DNA from: Anaerolineaceae bacterium UBA5404
Lineage (GTDB): Bacteria > Chloroflexota > Anaerolineae > Anaerolineales > Anaerolineaceae
DNA length: 64,000 nt
Direction: 5' to 3'
NCBI GenBank assembly: GCA_002409625.1
Contig: DHNY01000009.1
Span: 38,320 to 102,319, forward strand
A program made the translations under genes and the position numbers. The notes beneath the pieces are model-generated. The model worked only from the letters and a program-made list of their open reading frames with translations. It was not told where the DNA came from and searched no databases. This document shows, in pieces, positions 17,760 through 27,420 of this stretch; positions within the stretch are counted from its first letter, which is position 1; every line of letters starts with the position of its first letter.

Positions 17760-19598
17760 TTAAGGATAAGTTCCCGGGGTTGCGGTTGGATTTGGTGAAG
17801 ATCGCGTGGGTGTACGCGTAGAACTTGGTGAAGATTGCGTTGGCGTACGCGTTGGCCATGGCGTAGGCGGGTAAGTAGGCGTGGGCAGATAAGGCGCCGG
17901 CTCGGGCGTACTCAGCAAATCCCCAATCCCAGGTTCGCCTGAGGCAGGCATCGCAGAAACATCCTGCACATAGTCAAAGCCGGTTTTACAGCCTTCTTCA
18001 AGATTAGGATACACATTTTCCCAGCTCAGCCTTTGGTTGTAACCGATGGTGCGCTGTAAAGCATTGCCCAAACAGCCTGGCCCAGCGTGATAATTGACCA
18101 GCGTAAACTTCCAAAGGTCTTCATAGCTCGCCACCTGTCCAGCTTGCCTGCCGGTGCTGTTAAAAACGATTTGACCCACTTGCTCACAATTCGCCAGTAA
18201 ACTACGCGCAAAAACGCTGATGCTAAAATTCGCCTGGGTTAGATCAATGCCAACCGGACAGTCGGGACATTGGGCGTTAACTTGCTGAACCAAAGCGCCG
18301 CGCAACAAAGCCTGTTTATCGGGATCCAAATTGCCAAAACCGCGCTGACAAGTTTCCTCACTAAGGATGAGCGGGCAAAATTGGCTAAAAAAGCTCGGAT
18401 TCCAAAGCAAAACGGTATCTGCGCCTTGTTCACTTAAATGCCCTAAACCAGCCTCGTAAACCCGATTATAAATGCCTGGCCAAAACTGACTTTCACGGCT
18501 AAAAATGTTCTTCATCATCTGCGCCGGCACACCGGTTTGGTTTGCAACACGGATAATTTCTGAGTCAAACTGATTTTGCCATTCTTTCACAAATGGTCGT
18601 GCGAGGTCCATGCCACATGGGTTAGCTGCGCCATTTTCCTCAAGTCCGCCGCCGGGACACGTGCTGGCATCCACCAAACCTTGTTTGATCAACAGTCCTG
18701 CCAAAAGGAAGTAGTCATTAATGCTGGTCATTTCTTCTGCGATTGGAGGAGTGCGCAACCAACTCGGCGGTCCATCCACCGGCAAAAAGGCTTGCCAGAT
18801 GGTCGAGCAGGTTGAGGCGCCCTCACCCAACCATTGGCTACTCAAAACGTCCACATAATAAGTGGGCTTATCAGTAGAAACCTCATCGGGATTGGCAAAA
18901 TCACCCCATGGAATAACCCGCACTTGGGCTGTGTAAATCGGGCTGGCATCGCCATAACTCGACTCAGCCCAAAACTCCACCAAACTGCCATTCATGCCAC
19001 TAGGGCTAAGCGGCAAGTCACAAAGGGCACCCGGACAAGTGAACCCAACCCCGTTAATCCGTCCAACAATTTGAATGATTTGTTCGTTCGGCAATGGCTC
19101 CGTAGCTTGCAAACGTAAATAGGGTACTTGACTACAATGGTTCTTTTGGGCTGTTTTTTCACAACCCGATATAGACACCCAAACCTCGGGTGTGGGTAGT
19201 TTAATCTCCACTTCGCGTTTGGATGGCGTGGTGTGCACCAGGTGCATATACAAGCCCGGGCAATCCTGAGGACTGCTCATATCCCCTTCATAAACGCAAG
19301 GTTTGGTGTTTATCCACCTCTTTTGAATTGCCGAGCCACAGTAATGCAAAACCTCGCTGTAATCAGGCAAGGCTTCACTCTCAGTATAAATTTGGCAAAT
19401 AAGGTTCGAGGTTTTCCAATCCAAAAGCCACCACTCGTAAATCGTATAGTCTGTGGTAATGCTAACGCTCCGATTAGGACCTTCTGAGGGCAAACCAAAG
19501 GAAATAGCAGGTGACTCTTGCAAAAAGGCAAGCAAAATGAACAGAACCAGAAGGATTCTGATGATTACTTTGCTCTTTTCTCGTCTGCTTTTCGTCAT
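17760..19598 (-). CDS. secreted Cys-rich protein with a lytic-transglycosylase (SLT)-like segment and Pro/Thr-rich C-terminal tail
   Basis: 612 aa. N-terminal TM/signal 'IIRILLVLFILLAFL'. 'IFSRESQFWPGIYNRVYEAGLGHLSEQG' resembles the SLT ES...GLxQ motif. The tail ends '...PNPTATPGTYP'. Confidence 0.5.
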   Translation of the reverse strand: MTKSRREKSKVIIRILLVLFILLAFLQESPAISFGLPSEGPNRSVSITTDYTIYEWWLLDWKTSNLICQIYTESEALPDYSEVLHYCGSAIQKRWINTKPCVYEGDMSSPQDCPGLYMHLVHTTPSKREVEIKLPTPEVWVSISGCEKTAQKNHCSQVPYLRLQATEPLPNEQIIQIVGRINGVGFTCPGALCDLPLSPSGMNGSLVEFWAESSYGDASPIYTAQVRVIPWGDFANPDEVSTDKPTYYVDVLSSQWLGEGASTCSTIWQAFLPVDGPPSWLRTPPIAEEMTSINDYFLLAGLLIKQGLVDASTCPGGGLEENGAANPCGMDLARPFVKEWQNQFDSEIIRVANQTGVPAQMMKNIFSRESQFWPGIYNRVYEAGLGHLSEQGADTVLLWNPSFFSQFCPLILSEETCQRGFGNLDPDKQALLRGALVQQVNAQCPDCPVGIDLTQANFSISVFARSLLANCEQVGQIVFNSTGRQAGQVASYEDLWKFTLVNYHAGPGCLGNALQRTIGYNQRLSWENVYPNLEEGCKTGFDYVQDVSAMPASGEPGIGDLLSTPEPAPYLPTPTYPPTPWPTRTPTQSSPSSTRTPTRSSPNPTATPGTYP

Positions 19599-19611
19599 TC
19601 TTTATTCCGCA

Positions 19612-20868
19612 CTAGGGATAAGTCCCTGGTGTTGGTGTTTGTGTTGCAACAGGTGCCGTGGTTCTGGGTGTATAAACCGGCGGCAATGGTGTTCGTGTTG
19701 GCACTGGCGTTGATGTGCGCGTGGGCAAACCCACAGTCCTTTGTGGATCTAAAACCTGGCGGGTTTGCGTAGCACCGATTGCCTGGGTCAGTTGCCACTC
19801 ATAGGTCAGGACCACTTCAGCCAGTGGCGCAGCGCCATCAATCGCCTCAATGGCTTGCGCGAAGGTCTTTGCCATCGTCTCGAGGTGCGGCAACAAAACC
19901 TTGGTCTGGGTATGGTCAGGCAATTCCCAAAGCGACGCGCTTTCCCATCCGATGATGAAATAATTCACCCGTTTTGGGTCACCCAATCGCAATGCCATGG
20001 GAATCCGGCGCAAAAAATCGTTAATGCTGATGTCTGTTTCAATCTTGTTTTGATAAGAAACATACATCGCCGGCAATTCTGCCATGCGGCCATCTTGAAC
20101 TAACTTGGTAAAGAGCAATTGCAAAACTTGCTGTTGGCGACGCGTGCGGTTCACCTCATCGCCATCTTTGATGTAAGAAACATAGCATATGGTTTCTGCC
20201 CCATTCATGCGGTGTAGACCTGTTGCCAAACCTCCACAATCATCACGAATTGGGAACAAAACACTTACCTCCAAACCGCCTAAATCATCCACCAGCCAAG
20301 CAAACTCCTCAGCATGTGCCATGATAAAGCGGTCGGGTCTAATGCCAAAATTATATGCCAGCGTATCTCGCAATAAGGGCATGCCTCCAAGCGCATAGGC
20401 ACTGCTAATGCGTTGCATATTGTGCCCGGGCAGGTAAACAAAGAGGTTCCCCGGTATCGAAACCACGCTTGCTTTTGAAAGTCGCTCCTGGATGATAATC
20501 AAGTGGATTGCATCCGTGCGACCTGCATTGGGTGCTTCAAGTTCTGTGCCAAGTAAAAGCCATATACTAAGGTCATCATCAAGCTCAAGCGGGCTGACGG
20601 CTGGAGGCACTTTGGTCACCGAAGCACGACCTGGTTCGGCAAAAGTTGGCCAAGGCAAACGGGTTGCGGTTGGGCTTTCCACCAGCTCAGGTGTGTTGCC
20701 AGGGCTTTGTGGTTCTTCAAGCAAAACAAGACCCTGGCTCTCGCCAAGTGAGGGTCTGCCTTGCAGCTCTTCGGTGCAGGCTGTTAGCGCAATCAAAAGG
20801 ATCATTGCGAAGAAAGCAAGCGACAATAATCTGGCATATTGTGTTGGTAAGGTACGCTTTTTTTCCAT
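19612..20868 (-). CDS. LCP family (LytR-CpsA-Psr) protein with Pro/Thr-rich C-terminal tail
   Basis: 418 aa. N-terminal TM anchor. 'GRTDAIHLIIIQERLSKASVVSIPGNLFVYLPGHNMQRISSAYALGG' matches the LCP core. The tail ends '...QTPTPGTYP'. Confidence 0.8.
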   Translation of the reverse strand: MEKKRTLPTQYARLLSLAFFAMILLIALTACTEELQGRPSLGESQGLVLLEEPQSPGNTPELVESPTATRLPWPTFAEPGRASVTKVPPAVSPLELDDDLSIWLLLGTELEAPNAGRTDAIHLIIIQERLSKASVVSIPGNLFVYLPGHNMQRISSAYALGGMPLLRDTLAYNFGIRPDRFIMAHAEEFAWLVDDLGGLEVSVLFPIRDDCGGLATGLHRMNGAETICYVSYIKDGDEVNRTRRQQQVLQLLFTKLVQDGRMAELPAMYVSYQNKIETDISINDFLRRIPMALRLGDPKRVNYFIIGWESASLWELPDHTQTKVLLPHLETMAKTFAQAIEAIDGAAPLAEVVLTYEWQLTQAIGATQTRQVLDPQRTVGLPTRTSTPVPTRTPLPPVYTPRTTAPVATQTPTPGTYP

Positions 20869-20987
20869 AGCAAATTCAGGGCTTTTTTACAGCCCTCCAG
20901 ATTAGCAATTATAGCATAGCCTTAAGGTGTCAAGTTTGTATTTGAGGAAGATTAATATGGTTTTATTTCCGACTTTTAGGGATGACA

Positions 20988-21470
20988 CTAATTAACACAA
21001 CCCAGATATACAGGCACGGAGCTTAAAGGCCCTTCTTGCAGTTTTTTGGGAAGAAGATCCCTTAGTATTTTGGGATACAAGTTGGCTTCCATCAAGGCAT
21101 TAATAGGCACCCACAGCGCGCCAATCTGACCTGGGTCGGGGTTATCAACCAGATCTTCGCGTAAATCCTCAAGCAAATTGCACTCAAAAAAGAACTCTAC
21201 TTGATGCATTAATCGCGCTGGATTGTGAAACTCTTGTTCCCAAGACCTATACTCACGGATAAAAAGCAGCTTTTCCACCTTTACAATTGCGCCAATTTCT
21301 TCGCGACATTCTCTTTCAAGCGCTTCAGATAAGCTTTCGCCTGGCTCTTGCCCACCTCCTGGAAAAACGGTAAAAACCGGATTGCCCTGATGCTGTTTTT
21401 GGAGTAAAAGCACATTATTGTTATGAACAATAATCGCTTTTGAGGAATTTCTAAAAATCACATTTTCCAT
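20988..21470 (-). CDS. NUDIX hydrolase
   Basis: Nudix box 'GGGQEPGESLSEALERECREEIG'; start moved to the ATG at 21470, which is preceded by AAGAGG. Confidence 0.85.
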   Translation of the reverse strand: MENVIFRNSSKAIIVHNNNVLLLQKQHQGNPVFTVFPGGGQEPGESLSEALERECREEIGAIVKVEKLLFIREYRSWEQEFHNPARLMHQVEFFFECNLLEDLREDLVDNPDPGQIGALWVPINALMEANLYPKILRDLLPKKLQEGPLSSVPVYLGCVN

Positions 21471-21700
21471 GAATCGGCCTCTTTTTATCCTTAGGATGGC
21501 ATTATTATAGTTTACATTATCCAACCCACCAGCAATAGGACATTTCTATTTAGCCTTGACACAGGAATTGGATCAATCATGGCTGAATATTATTAAAACG
21601 GCTCAGAAACCCTCCTTTTATAGGCTATAATCATTACAAATTCATTAAGTTTTGATATTTTTCAGCAAACCATTTTTACTTTTGCTTCAGGAGACCTTTT

Positions 21701-22321
21701 ATGCATAGTTTTTCAACAATGGCGTGTCCTGCATGTGGTGCAAGATCTGAAAGTCCTCATCCTCAGCCTCTTCGCAATTGCCCTTTTTGCGGCACACAAT
21801 ATCCCAGCAAACCTGTTGAACAAAGTCATCAGCCCACTTACCCAGAGCAAAACTTCACACCAAGGCATTCCAAGGTCATTGAAGTCCATAGTGTAGTCCC
21901 TTCAAAACAAACAATGGCTTGCATTGATTGTGCTAAGCAAATAGATGTCAATTCCGATTATTGTCAATATTGTGGTTCAGAGCAAGAGCACGTTCATAAA
22001 AAAGCTGGTCGCAGAAAAGCTCGCACTAGACATACCATGCCAGCCCAGGACTACTACCCGCCGCCTCCCCCAATCTATTATCCTCAGCCTTACCCTATTC
22101 AGGTACCCCAAGTGTTTAAAAGCACAAAAAGTAAAGGGGTAGCGCTGTTCCTCTGCTTCTTTTTTGGCATATTCGGTTTTCATCAATTTTATGTGGGTAA
22201 AATTGGGATGGGTTTGATCTATTTTTTCACAGCGGGACTTTTTGGGATTGGTTGGTTTATTGATATTATCAAAATTGCCACCGGTTCATTTAAAGATAAA
22301 TACGGTGCCGTATTAATTTAA
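21701..22321 (+). CDS. zinc-ribbon / TM2 domain membrane protein
   Basis: CxxC pairs ('CPACG...CPFCG', 'CIDCA...CQYCG'), a Pro/Tyr-rich linker, and a C-terminal TM2 domain 'GVALFLCFFFGIFGFHQFYVGKIGMGLIYFFTAGLFGIGWFID'. Confidence 0.75.
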   Translation: MHSFSTMACPACGARSESPHPQPLRNCPFCGTQYPSKPVEQSHQPTYPEQNFTPRHSKVIEVHSVVPSKQTMACIDCAKQIDVNSDYCQYCGSEQEHVHKKAGRRKARTRHTMPAQDYYPPPPPIYYPQPYPIQVPQVFKSTKSKGVALFLCFFFGIFGFHQFYVGKIGMGLIYFFTAGLFGIGWFIDIIKIATGSFKDKYGAVLI

Positions 22322-22419
22322 TCATAAACTTGAATGGGGAAAAATGATTCTGCTCACGCTTGTGCTTGATCATCTGTCGAAGAGCTGAGAACATGGAATA
22401 TTATACTTAAAAGAAAAAA

Positions 22420-22492
22420 TGATCCTGCTCGGACTCGAACCGAGAACCTAACGCTTAAGAGGCGCTTGCTCTGCCAATTGAGCTACAGGACC
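22420..22492 (-). tRNA. tRNA-Lys (anticodon CTT)
   Basis: Minus strand GGTCCTGTAGCTCAATTGGCAGAGCAAGCGCCTCTTAAGCGTTAGGTTCTCGGTTCGAGTCCGAGCAGGATCA; cloverleaf with anticodon loop CU-CTT-AA. Confidence 0.9.
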
Positions 22493-22561
22493 ATTTGCTT
22501 GCGGTTATTATATCACCGCTTGAATAAAAAACTCTGCACTCGCAGAGTATCTTATCTTCAG

Positions 22562-22634
22562 CTCCCCGGAGAGGACTCGAACCTCTAACCTAGCGGTTAA
22601 CAGCCGCCCGCTCTGCCGATTGAGCTACCAGGGA
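22562..22634 (-). tRNA. tRNA-Asn (anticodon GTT)
   Basis: Minus strand TCCCTGGTAGCTCAATCGGCAGAGCGGGCGGCTGTTAACCGCTAGGTTAGAGGTTCGAGTCCTCTCCGGGGAG; anticodon loop CU-GTT-AA. Confidence 0.9.
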
Positions 22635-22646
22635 AGGTAGAACGCT

Positions 22647-22676
22647 ATTATAACGAAGCCCCCCAATAAAAGTCAA
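22647..22676 (-). promoter_or_regulatory. putative promoter of the tRNA-Asn/tRNA-Lys transcript
   Basis: Minus strand TTGACT (22676-22671), 18-nt spacer, TATAAT (22652-22647); the -10 element ends 12 nt before the mature tRNA-Asn 5' end. Confidence 0.6.
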
Positions 22677-22773
22677 GCATTTTTGTGCTTTTCCTATTCT
22701 AGCTTAAACTCAGCACCCATTAAAGGCAACTTTCATCACGCTTGACACGCACTAGCATGCTATAATTTGGTCT

Positions 22774-23520
22774 ATGGAGAAATCGTCAAACCGTCCGCTC
22801 GTCCTTGGTCATCGCGGGGCATCCGCTCACGCCCCAGAAAACACCTTGCCGGCTTTTCAATTAGCCCTCGAGCAAGGTGCTGATGGCATTGAGCTGGATG
22901 TTATGCTCAGCAAAGACAATCGTTTGATCGTTATCCATGACTCCAAACTCCAGCGCACCACCAACGGCGAAGGTAACGTGCTTGACCAGCCATACAGCGC
23001 CTTAAAGGACCTGGATGCTGGTGCATGGTTCGGTGAAGCATTTCAAAACACAAAACTTCCTCTTCTTGAGGAGGTCTATGAGCAAATTGGCGGCAAAGGC
23101 ATCATTAATGTGGAGCTAAAAAACTATCACAACCCAGGCGATGCCCTGCCCGAAATCGCTCTCGCGCTCACCCAAAAACACGGCTTATTGGAGCATGTCA
23201 TCTTCTCTTCCTTTCATGCCCGCAACATCATCAAACTGAAAAAGCTGGAACCCAAGGCGAAAACCGGTTTGCTTTGCTTACCGGGTTTAATTGGCAGCCT
23301 TTACCGCGGCCCATTTGGCAGACTTTTTAAGTATGACGCGCTGCACCCTTATCACGCCGATATCTCGGAAGCTTCAGTAAGGCGCGCTCATAATCAAGGT
23401 AAAAAAGTCAATGTTTGGACGGTGAACAAGAGCGAGGATTTGCGCAAAGTTCAAATCCTGGGCGTGGATGCTATCATAACAGACGACCCAAAACATGCCC
23501 TAAGCCTATTGGATCAATAA
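22774..23520 (+). CDS. glycerophosphodiester phosphodiesterase
   Basis: 248 aa; 'LGHRGASAHAPENTLPAFQLALEQGADGIELDV' and 'VNVWTVN' GDPD motifs. Confidence 0.88.
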   Translation: MEKSSNRPLVLGHRGASAHAPENTLPAFQLALEQGADGIELDVMLSKDNRLIVIHDSKLQRTTNGEGNVLDQPYSALKDLDAGAWFGEAFQNTKLPLLEEVYEQIGGKGIINVELKNYHNPGDALPEIALALTQKHGLLEHVIFSSFHARNIIKLKKLEPKAKTGLLCLPGLIGSLYRGPFGRLFKYDALHPYHADISEASVRRAHNQGKKVNVWTVNKSEDLRKVQILGVDAIITDDPKHALSLLDQ

Positions 23521-23521
23521 G

Positions 23522-26368
23522 ATGCGAAAGCTCCTAAACGGCTTGTTAATATTTTTCCTGCTCGTTTCATTGGCGTCTGCGCAGGTAGCTTCAGCCCAGC
23601 CTGCCAGCGAATCCGAAGAAGAGATCATCACGGATATGCTTATACGCATGAGCCCGCTTGAAAAAGTCGGGCAACTCATGCTGATAAGCTTTGATGGCAC
23701 AAACACATCCGAAAACACAGACATTGCTAAATTAATAAAGGAATATCACATTGGTGGCGTTATTCTAAGCACTGCCAATGAAAACTTTGTTAATGAAGAT
23801 GTTGAAACAAACACTCAAACGCTGATTACAGAACTGCAAAATATTAACTATCAAAAAAGCTTGGACACATCCAATCTAATCAGCTTTAAGGATGGCTTTC
23901 CGGTTTACGTTCCTTTATATATTGGGCTCAATCAACTCAACGAAAATGACCATAGCCTCAAAATGTTCCCCGGTACACGTAATTTGCCGTCTCAAATGAC
24001 GCTTGGTGCCACATGGTCCCCTAATCTGGTAAATGCAATTGGTGCAGCTTATGGGGCAGAACTTTCAAGACTTGGGTTCAATCTCTTCCTGGGACCCAGT
24101 CTGGATCTGATAGACACCAGCGATACAAGCCGGGGGTGGTATACAGGGACCAATAGTTTTGGGTCTGACCCTTACTGGGTTGGAAAGATGAGCAAAGCCT
24201 TTGTTGATGGGCTCCATGAAGGCAGCGAAAATCACATTTCGGTCATCGCCAGTCATTTTCCGGGTTTGGGTGGCGCGGATAGACCACCAAGCCATGAGGT
24301 TTCAACCATTCAGCGCAGCCTTGATCAGCTTAAACAACATGAACTGGCGCCATTTTTAGCCCTTACTGACACTAGAAACAACTATAAAGCGGTTGATGGC
24401 GTTATGTCGGCGCACATTCGCTTCCAAGGCTTGCAGGGCAACATCCGCAGCACAACCCGACCAATCAGCTTTGACCCGCTTGCGCTACAACAACTGCTAA
24501 GTGTAAAACCGCTGGATGCCTGGCGCGCTGAAGGTGGTTTGCTGATTAGCGACAGCCTGGGCAGTGCCGCAGTGCGCAGTTTTTTTGATCCAACAGAGCT
24601 TAGCTTCGATGCCCAAACCATTGCCCGTACAGCTTTTTTGGCTGGCAACGACATGCTCTACCTGGACAACTTTGCAACCTTTGCCCACGAAGGACAAACA
24701 GCCACCATTCAACGCACTATTTCTTTCTTTGCCCAGAAATATCAGGAAGACAGTGTGTTTGCCCAAAGAGTAGATGAATCGGTTAGCCGCATCCTTAAGA
24801 ATAAATTAAGTCTATATTCCGAATTTTCCTTGGACAATGTGCTTGCTCCCACCCAGCAGGTCGAAGAAAGCCCTGGCTACGACCAACTTACACTTGAAGT
24901 TGCCCGCGAGTCGCTTAGCCTCTTAGCTCCAAAAGAAGACTTCCTGAGTACAATTATCAATGAAGGACCAAATAAAGCTGATCACATCACCATCATCTCG
25001 GATAGTCGCAGCATGTCGCCTTGTGAAACATGCTCACGCATCCACACACTTGGCACCAATGCCTTTGCAGAGACATTCCTTAACTTGTATGGTGGCACAG
25101 GCATGGACCAAATTGTGGATTATCGTGTCCATTCTTACAACTTTAGCCATTTAAACGAATACCTTGACAACAAAGTCCCCGAAAACGCACCCTATATTGG
25201 GGAGCACATCAATCGCTCACGCTGGATTATCTTCAACATTCAGGACCCCAATCCGGATTACCCTGAAAGCTTTGCTTTGCAACGCATGCTTGACCAACAT
25301 CTCAACCTTTTGCGGGATAAAATGGTCATCGTTTTTGCTTATGGTGCACCTTTTTATTTGGATTCGACGGAAGTTTCCAAGCTCACTGCCTATTATGGGC
25401 TGTTTACACCCTCTAAGTCATCGCTTGAGCTTGCCTCACGTGTCTTGATGCAAGAAGCACGTCCAAGGAGTGCTTTGCCCTTTTCTCTTCCGGCTGTTGC
25501 TTATGACCTCAGGCACCAGCTCGCTCCTGATCCAAACCAAATTATCAATTTGGCTCTGCTCACAGACCAAGACCTGCCAGGCATTGGTGATACGCCCTCC
25601 ATTCGCACAGCCACCCCAGCAACAGAGAACCAAGAACCGCCCATACCTCTCTTTAGATTGGGCGAAGCGGTTCGCATTCAAGCTGGACCCATTCTTGATC
25701 GCAACGGAAACGCTGTGCCAGATGGAACGCCAACCAAATTTACCGTCAAAATGGCAAGCGACGCACTCATCCTTGCCCTGCCTGAAGCGACCACCGTCAA
25801 CGGTTTCGCAACCATCGAGTATCGCGTTGAACGGGATGGCATTTTTGCGGTTACAGCCAGCAGTGGCGAAGCTCAGACCTCCGCGACCTTAATCCTTACA
25901 ACCCAAGGTGGTTTGGCAGAAATCATCATGCCCACTGCCACACCATTGCCTGAGCCGAGCATAACCCCGCAACCCACGGCAACGCCACAACCCACTGCCA
26001 CGCCAGCGCCTATTCCTACCGTTGAACCACCGAACAGACACAAAAAAGGCTTCCCAACGGTCAATGACTGGTTGCTAACGGTCATGCTTCTCATAACCGG
26101 ATTTGGTGCCAGTTATCTCATCGGTTTGCTTTGGTGGAAAGGCAAGCAATGGGCGGTTCGCTCTGGTCTGTGTACCGTCCTGGGTGGACTGACAGCCTAC
26201 CTTTTGCTGAGCCTGGGTATTCCGTCATTAAGCACAATCGTGAGCGAAAGTGGCACTTGGTTCATCATTCAAATGAGTATTGTGGGTATGTTATTTGGCT
26301 GGATCGCCGCTTTAATTTGGTGGTTGCGCGATCAAGCACTGAAGAAAAATTTAAATATTTCTGATTAA
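23522..26368 (+). CDS. glycoside hydrolase family 3 (NagZ-like beta-N-acetylhexosaminidase domain) protein with C-terminal multi-TM anchor
   Basis: 948 aa. Signal peptide; 'KVGQLMLISFDG', 'HIGGVIL', 'SHFPGLGGADRPPSHE' (the KHFPGxG...D.H motif). A PT-rich linker 'PTATPLPEPSITPQPTATPQPTATPAPIPT' is followed by about 4 predicted TM helices. Confidence 0.75.
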   Translation: MRKLLNGLLIFFLLVSLASAQVASAQPASESEEEIITDMLIRMSPLEKVGQLMLISFDGTNTSENTDIAKLIKEYHIGGVILSTANENFVNEDVETNTQTLITELQNINYQKSLDTSNLISFKDGFPVYVPLYIGLNQLNENDHSLKMFPGTRNLPSQMTLGATWSPNLVNAIGAAYGAELSRLGFNLFLGPSLDLIDTSDTSRGWYTGTNSFGSDPYWVGKMSKAFVDGLHEGSENHISVIASHFPGLGGADRPPSHEVSTIQRSLDQLKQHELAPFLALTDTRNNYKAVDGVMSAHIRFQGLQGNIRSTTRPISFDPLALQQLLSVKPLDAWRAEGGLLISDSLGSAAVRSFFDPTELSFDAQTIARTAFLAGNDMLYLDNFATFAHEGQTATIQRTISFFAQKYQEDSVFAQRVDESVSRILKNKLSLYSEFSLDNVLAPTQQVEESPGYDQLTLEVARESLSLLAPKEDFLSTIINEGPNKADHITIISDSRSMSPCETCSRIHTLGTNAFAETFLNLYGGTGMDQIVDYRVHSYNFSHLNEYLDNKVPENAPYIGEHINRSRWIIFNIQDPNPDYPESFALQRMLDQHLNLLRDKMVIVFAYGAPFYLDSTEVSKLTAYYGLFTPSKSSLELASRVLMQEARPRSALPFSLPAVAYDLRHQLAPDPNQIINLALLTDQDLPGIGDTPSIRTATPATENQEPPIPLFRLGEAVRIQAGPILDRNGNAVPDGTPTKFTVKMASDALILALPEATTVNGFATIEYRVERDGIFAVTASSGEAQTSATLILTTQGGLAEIIMPTATPLPEPSITPQPTATPQPTATPAPIPTVEPPNRHKKGFPTVNDWLLTVMLLITGFGASYLIGLLWWKGKQWAVRSGLCTVLGGLTAYLLLSLGIPSLSTIVSESGTWFIIQMSIVGMLFGWIAALIWWLRDQALKKNLNISD

Positions 26369-27388
26369 AGTCAACAGCAAACTAAAAAAGGTCAAACCAC
26401 CTGCCAAATAAAGCAGAATCATCTCGGTTTTGTTTAAACCTTGCTCTTCTCTAAAACTAACCTTACCAGCGATATGTCGAAGACTGCTGGTGGTCTCGCC
26501 GGTTAAAGCCTTTAGGAAAGTTTTGACATCACGGGGACGTTCATTTGGGTGCAATTCCATCGCCCACAAGATGGCATCCTCCACGCGCGGCGAAATGGCG
26601 GGGTTAATTTCGCGTGGCGCTGGCAAATTGCCAGGGTCAAGGAAACGATCACGCACGTTCACCGGTGGTCGGTTGGTAAGTAAGTGGTAAAGGGTGCTGC
26701 CAAAGGCATAAACATCCGCGCGACCGTCCATCATGTTCGAGTCACCACCGTATTGTTCAAGCGGCGAATACAAGGCTGTGCCCTGACCTTGCATAATAGT
26801 AATGGTAACTTCACCCGGTGCCAGCAGTTTTACCAAGCCAAAGTCAACCAGCTTCACCACACCCGCAGGAGTTACTTTGATGTTTGAAGGTTTAATATCG
26901 CGGTGCAATATAGCGGGATTCTGATTATGCAAATAGCTGAGGGCATCACCAATCTGCATCGCCCAGTCCAGCACGTCTGCCTCATTGAGAAATTGTTTAT
27001 TCGACTCCGCTTTGGCAATCAGGGCTCTGAGGTCATCCCCGGGGATAAAATCCATCACCAAGAAATCGTTATCTTCAATCGAGAAAAAGTCCGACACTTT
27101 GGGTAAGTTTGGATGGTCAAGCCGCGCCAAAACGGTTGCCTCGCGCATAAATTGCTCGCGCGCTTCAGCAAGCATACCGGGCGGATAACTGGGATCATAA
27201 CTCACTTGCTTTACCGCACAAAAACGCCCGCTCAACCGCAAATCTTCGGCAAGCAAAATAGAGCCATAGCCACCCTGGCCGATAACACGATCAACTTTAT
27301 AGCGATCGTGCAAAATACTACCGCTCGATATTTCTTGTTTCATACGGTGTCTTCTATCCAACCCATTTTGTCTCTGGGAGGAATGCAT
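26351..27388 (-). CDS. Ser/Thr protein kinase (Hanks type) with C-terminal TM anchor
   Basis: 345 aa; 'GQGGYGSI', 'AVKQV', 'HRDIKPSNIKV', 'DFGL', 'SPLEQ'; C-terminal helix 'MILLYLAGGLTFFSLLLTLI'. The 3' end overlaps the convergent GH3 gene by 18 nt. Confidence 0.9.
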   Translation of the reverse strand: MHSSQRQNGLDRRHRMKQEISSGSILHDRYKVDRVIGQGGYGSILLAEDLRLSGRFCAVKQVSYDPSYPPGMLAEAREQFMREATVLARLDHPNLPKVSDFFSIEDNDFLVMDFIPGDDLRALIAKAESNKQFLNEADVLDWAMQIGDALSYLHNQNPAILHRDIKPSNIKVTPAGVVKLVDFGLVKLLAPGEVTITIMQGQGTALYSPLEQYGGDSNMMDGRADVYAFGSTLYHLLTNRPPVNVRDRFLDPGNLPAPREINPAISPRVEDAILWAMELHPNERPRDVKTFLKALTGETTSSLRHIAGKVSFREEQGLNKTEMILLYLAGGLTFFSLLLTLIRNI

Positions 27389-27420
27389 TATAATGAATTA
27401 TAAAGTATTCTAGAGATAAA

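Noticed and set aside
17760-20868. C-terminal TPGTYP as a known sorting signal (sortase LPXTG, PEP-CTERM, GlyGly-CTERM)
   Set aside because: Known signals are followed by a hydrophobic helix and a basic tail. Here the motif is the very last six residues before the stop codon. It is reported as an unexplained shared motif rather than a known sorting tag.
20869-20987. Hairpin AGGGCT-GTAAAAA-AGCCCT upstream of the LCP gene as a terminator or riboswitch
   Set aside because: The stem is only 6 bp with no U tract on the transcribed strand, and it overlaps the GGAGGG RBS. This is too weak to call.
14224-22634. tRNA-Ser, tRNA-Lys and tRNA-Asn as integration sites of genomic islands
   Set aside because: No integrase or recombinase gene is adjacent to any of the three tRNAs. 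I did not see a direct repeat of a tRNA 3' half nearby, and the flanking genes are ordinary housekeeping genes.
22742-22766. TTGACA ... TATAAT upstream of the GDPD gene as a canonical promoter
   Set aside because: The spacer is only 13 nt, too short for a sigma-70 -35/-10 pair. The TATAAT element, 7 nt before the ATG, might still drive a leaderless transcript, but that is too speculative to annotate.
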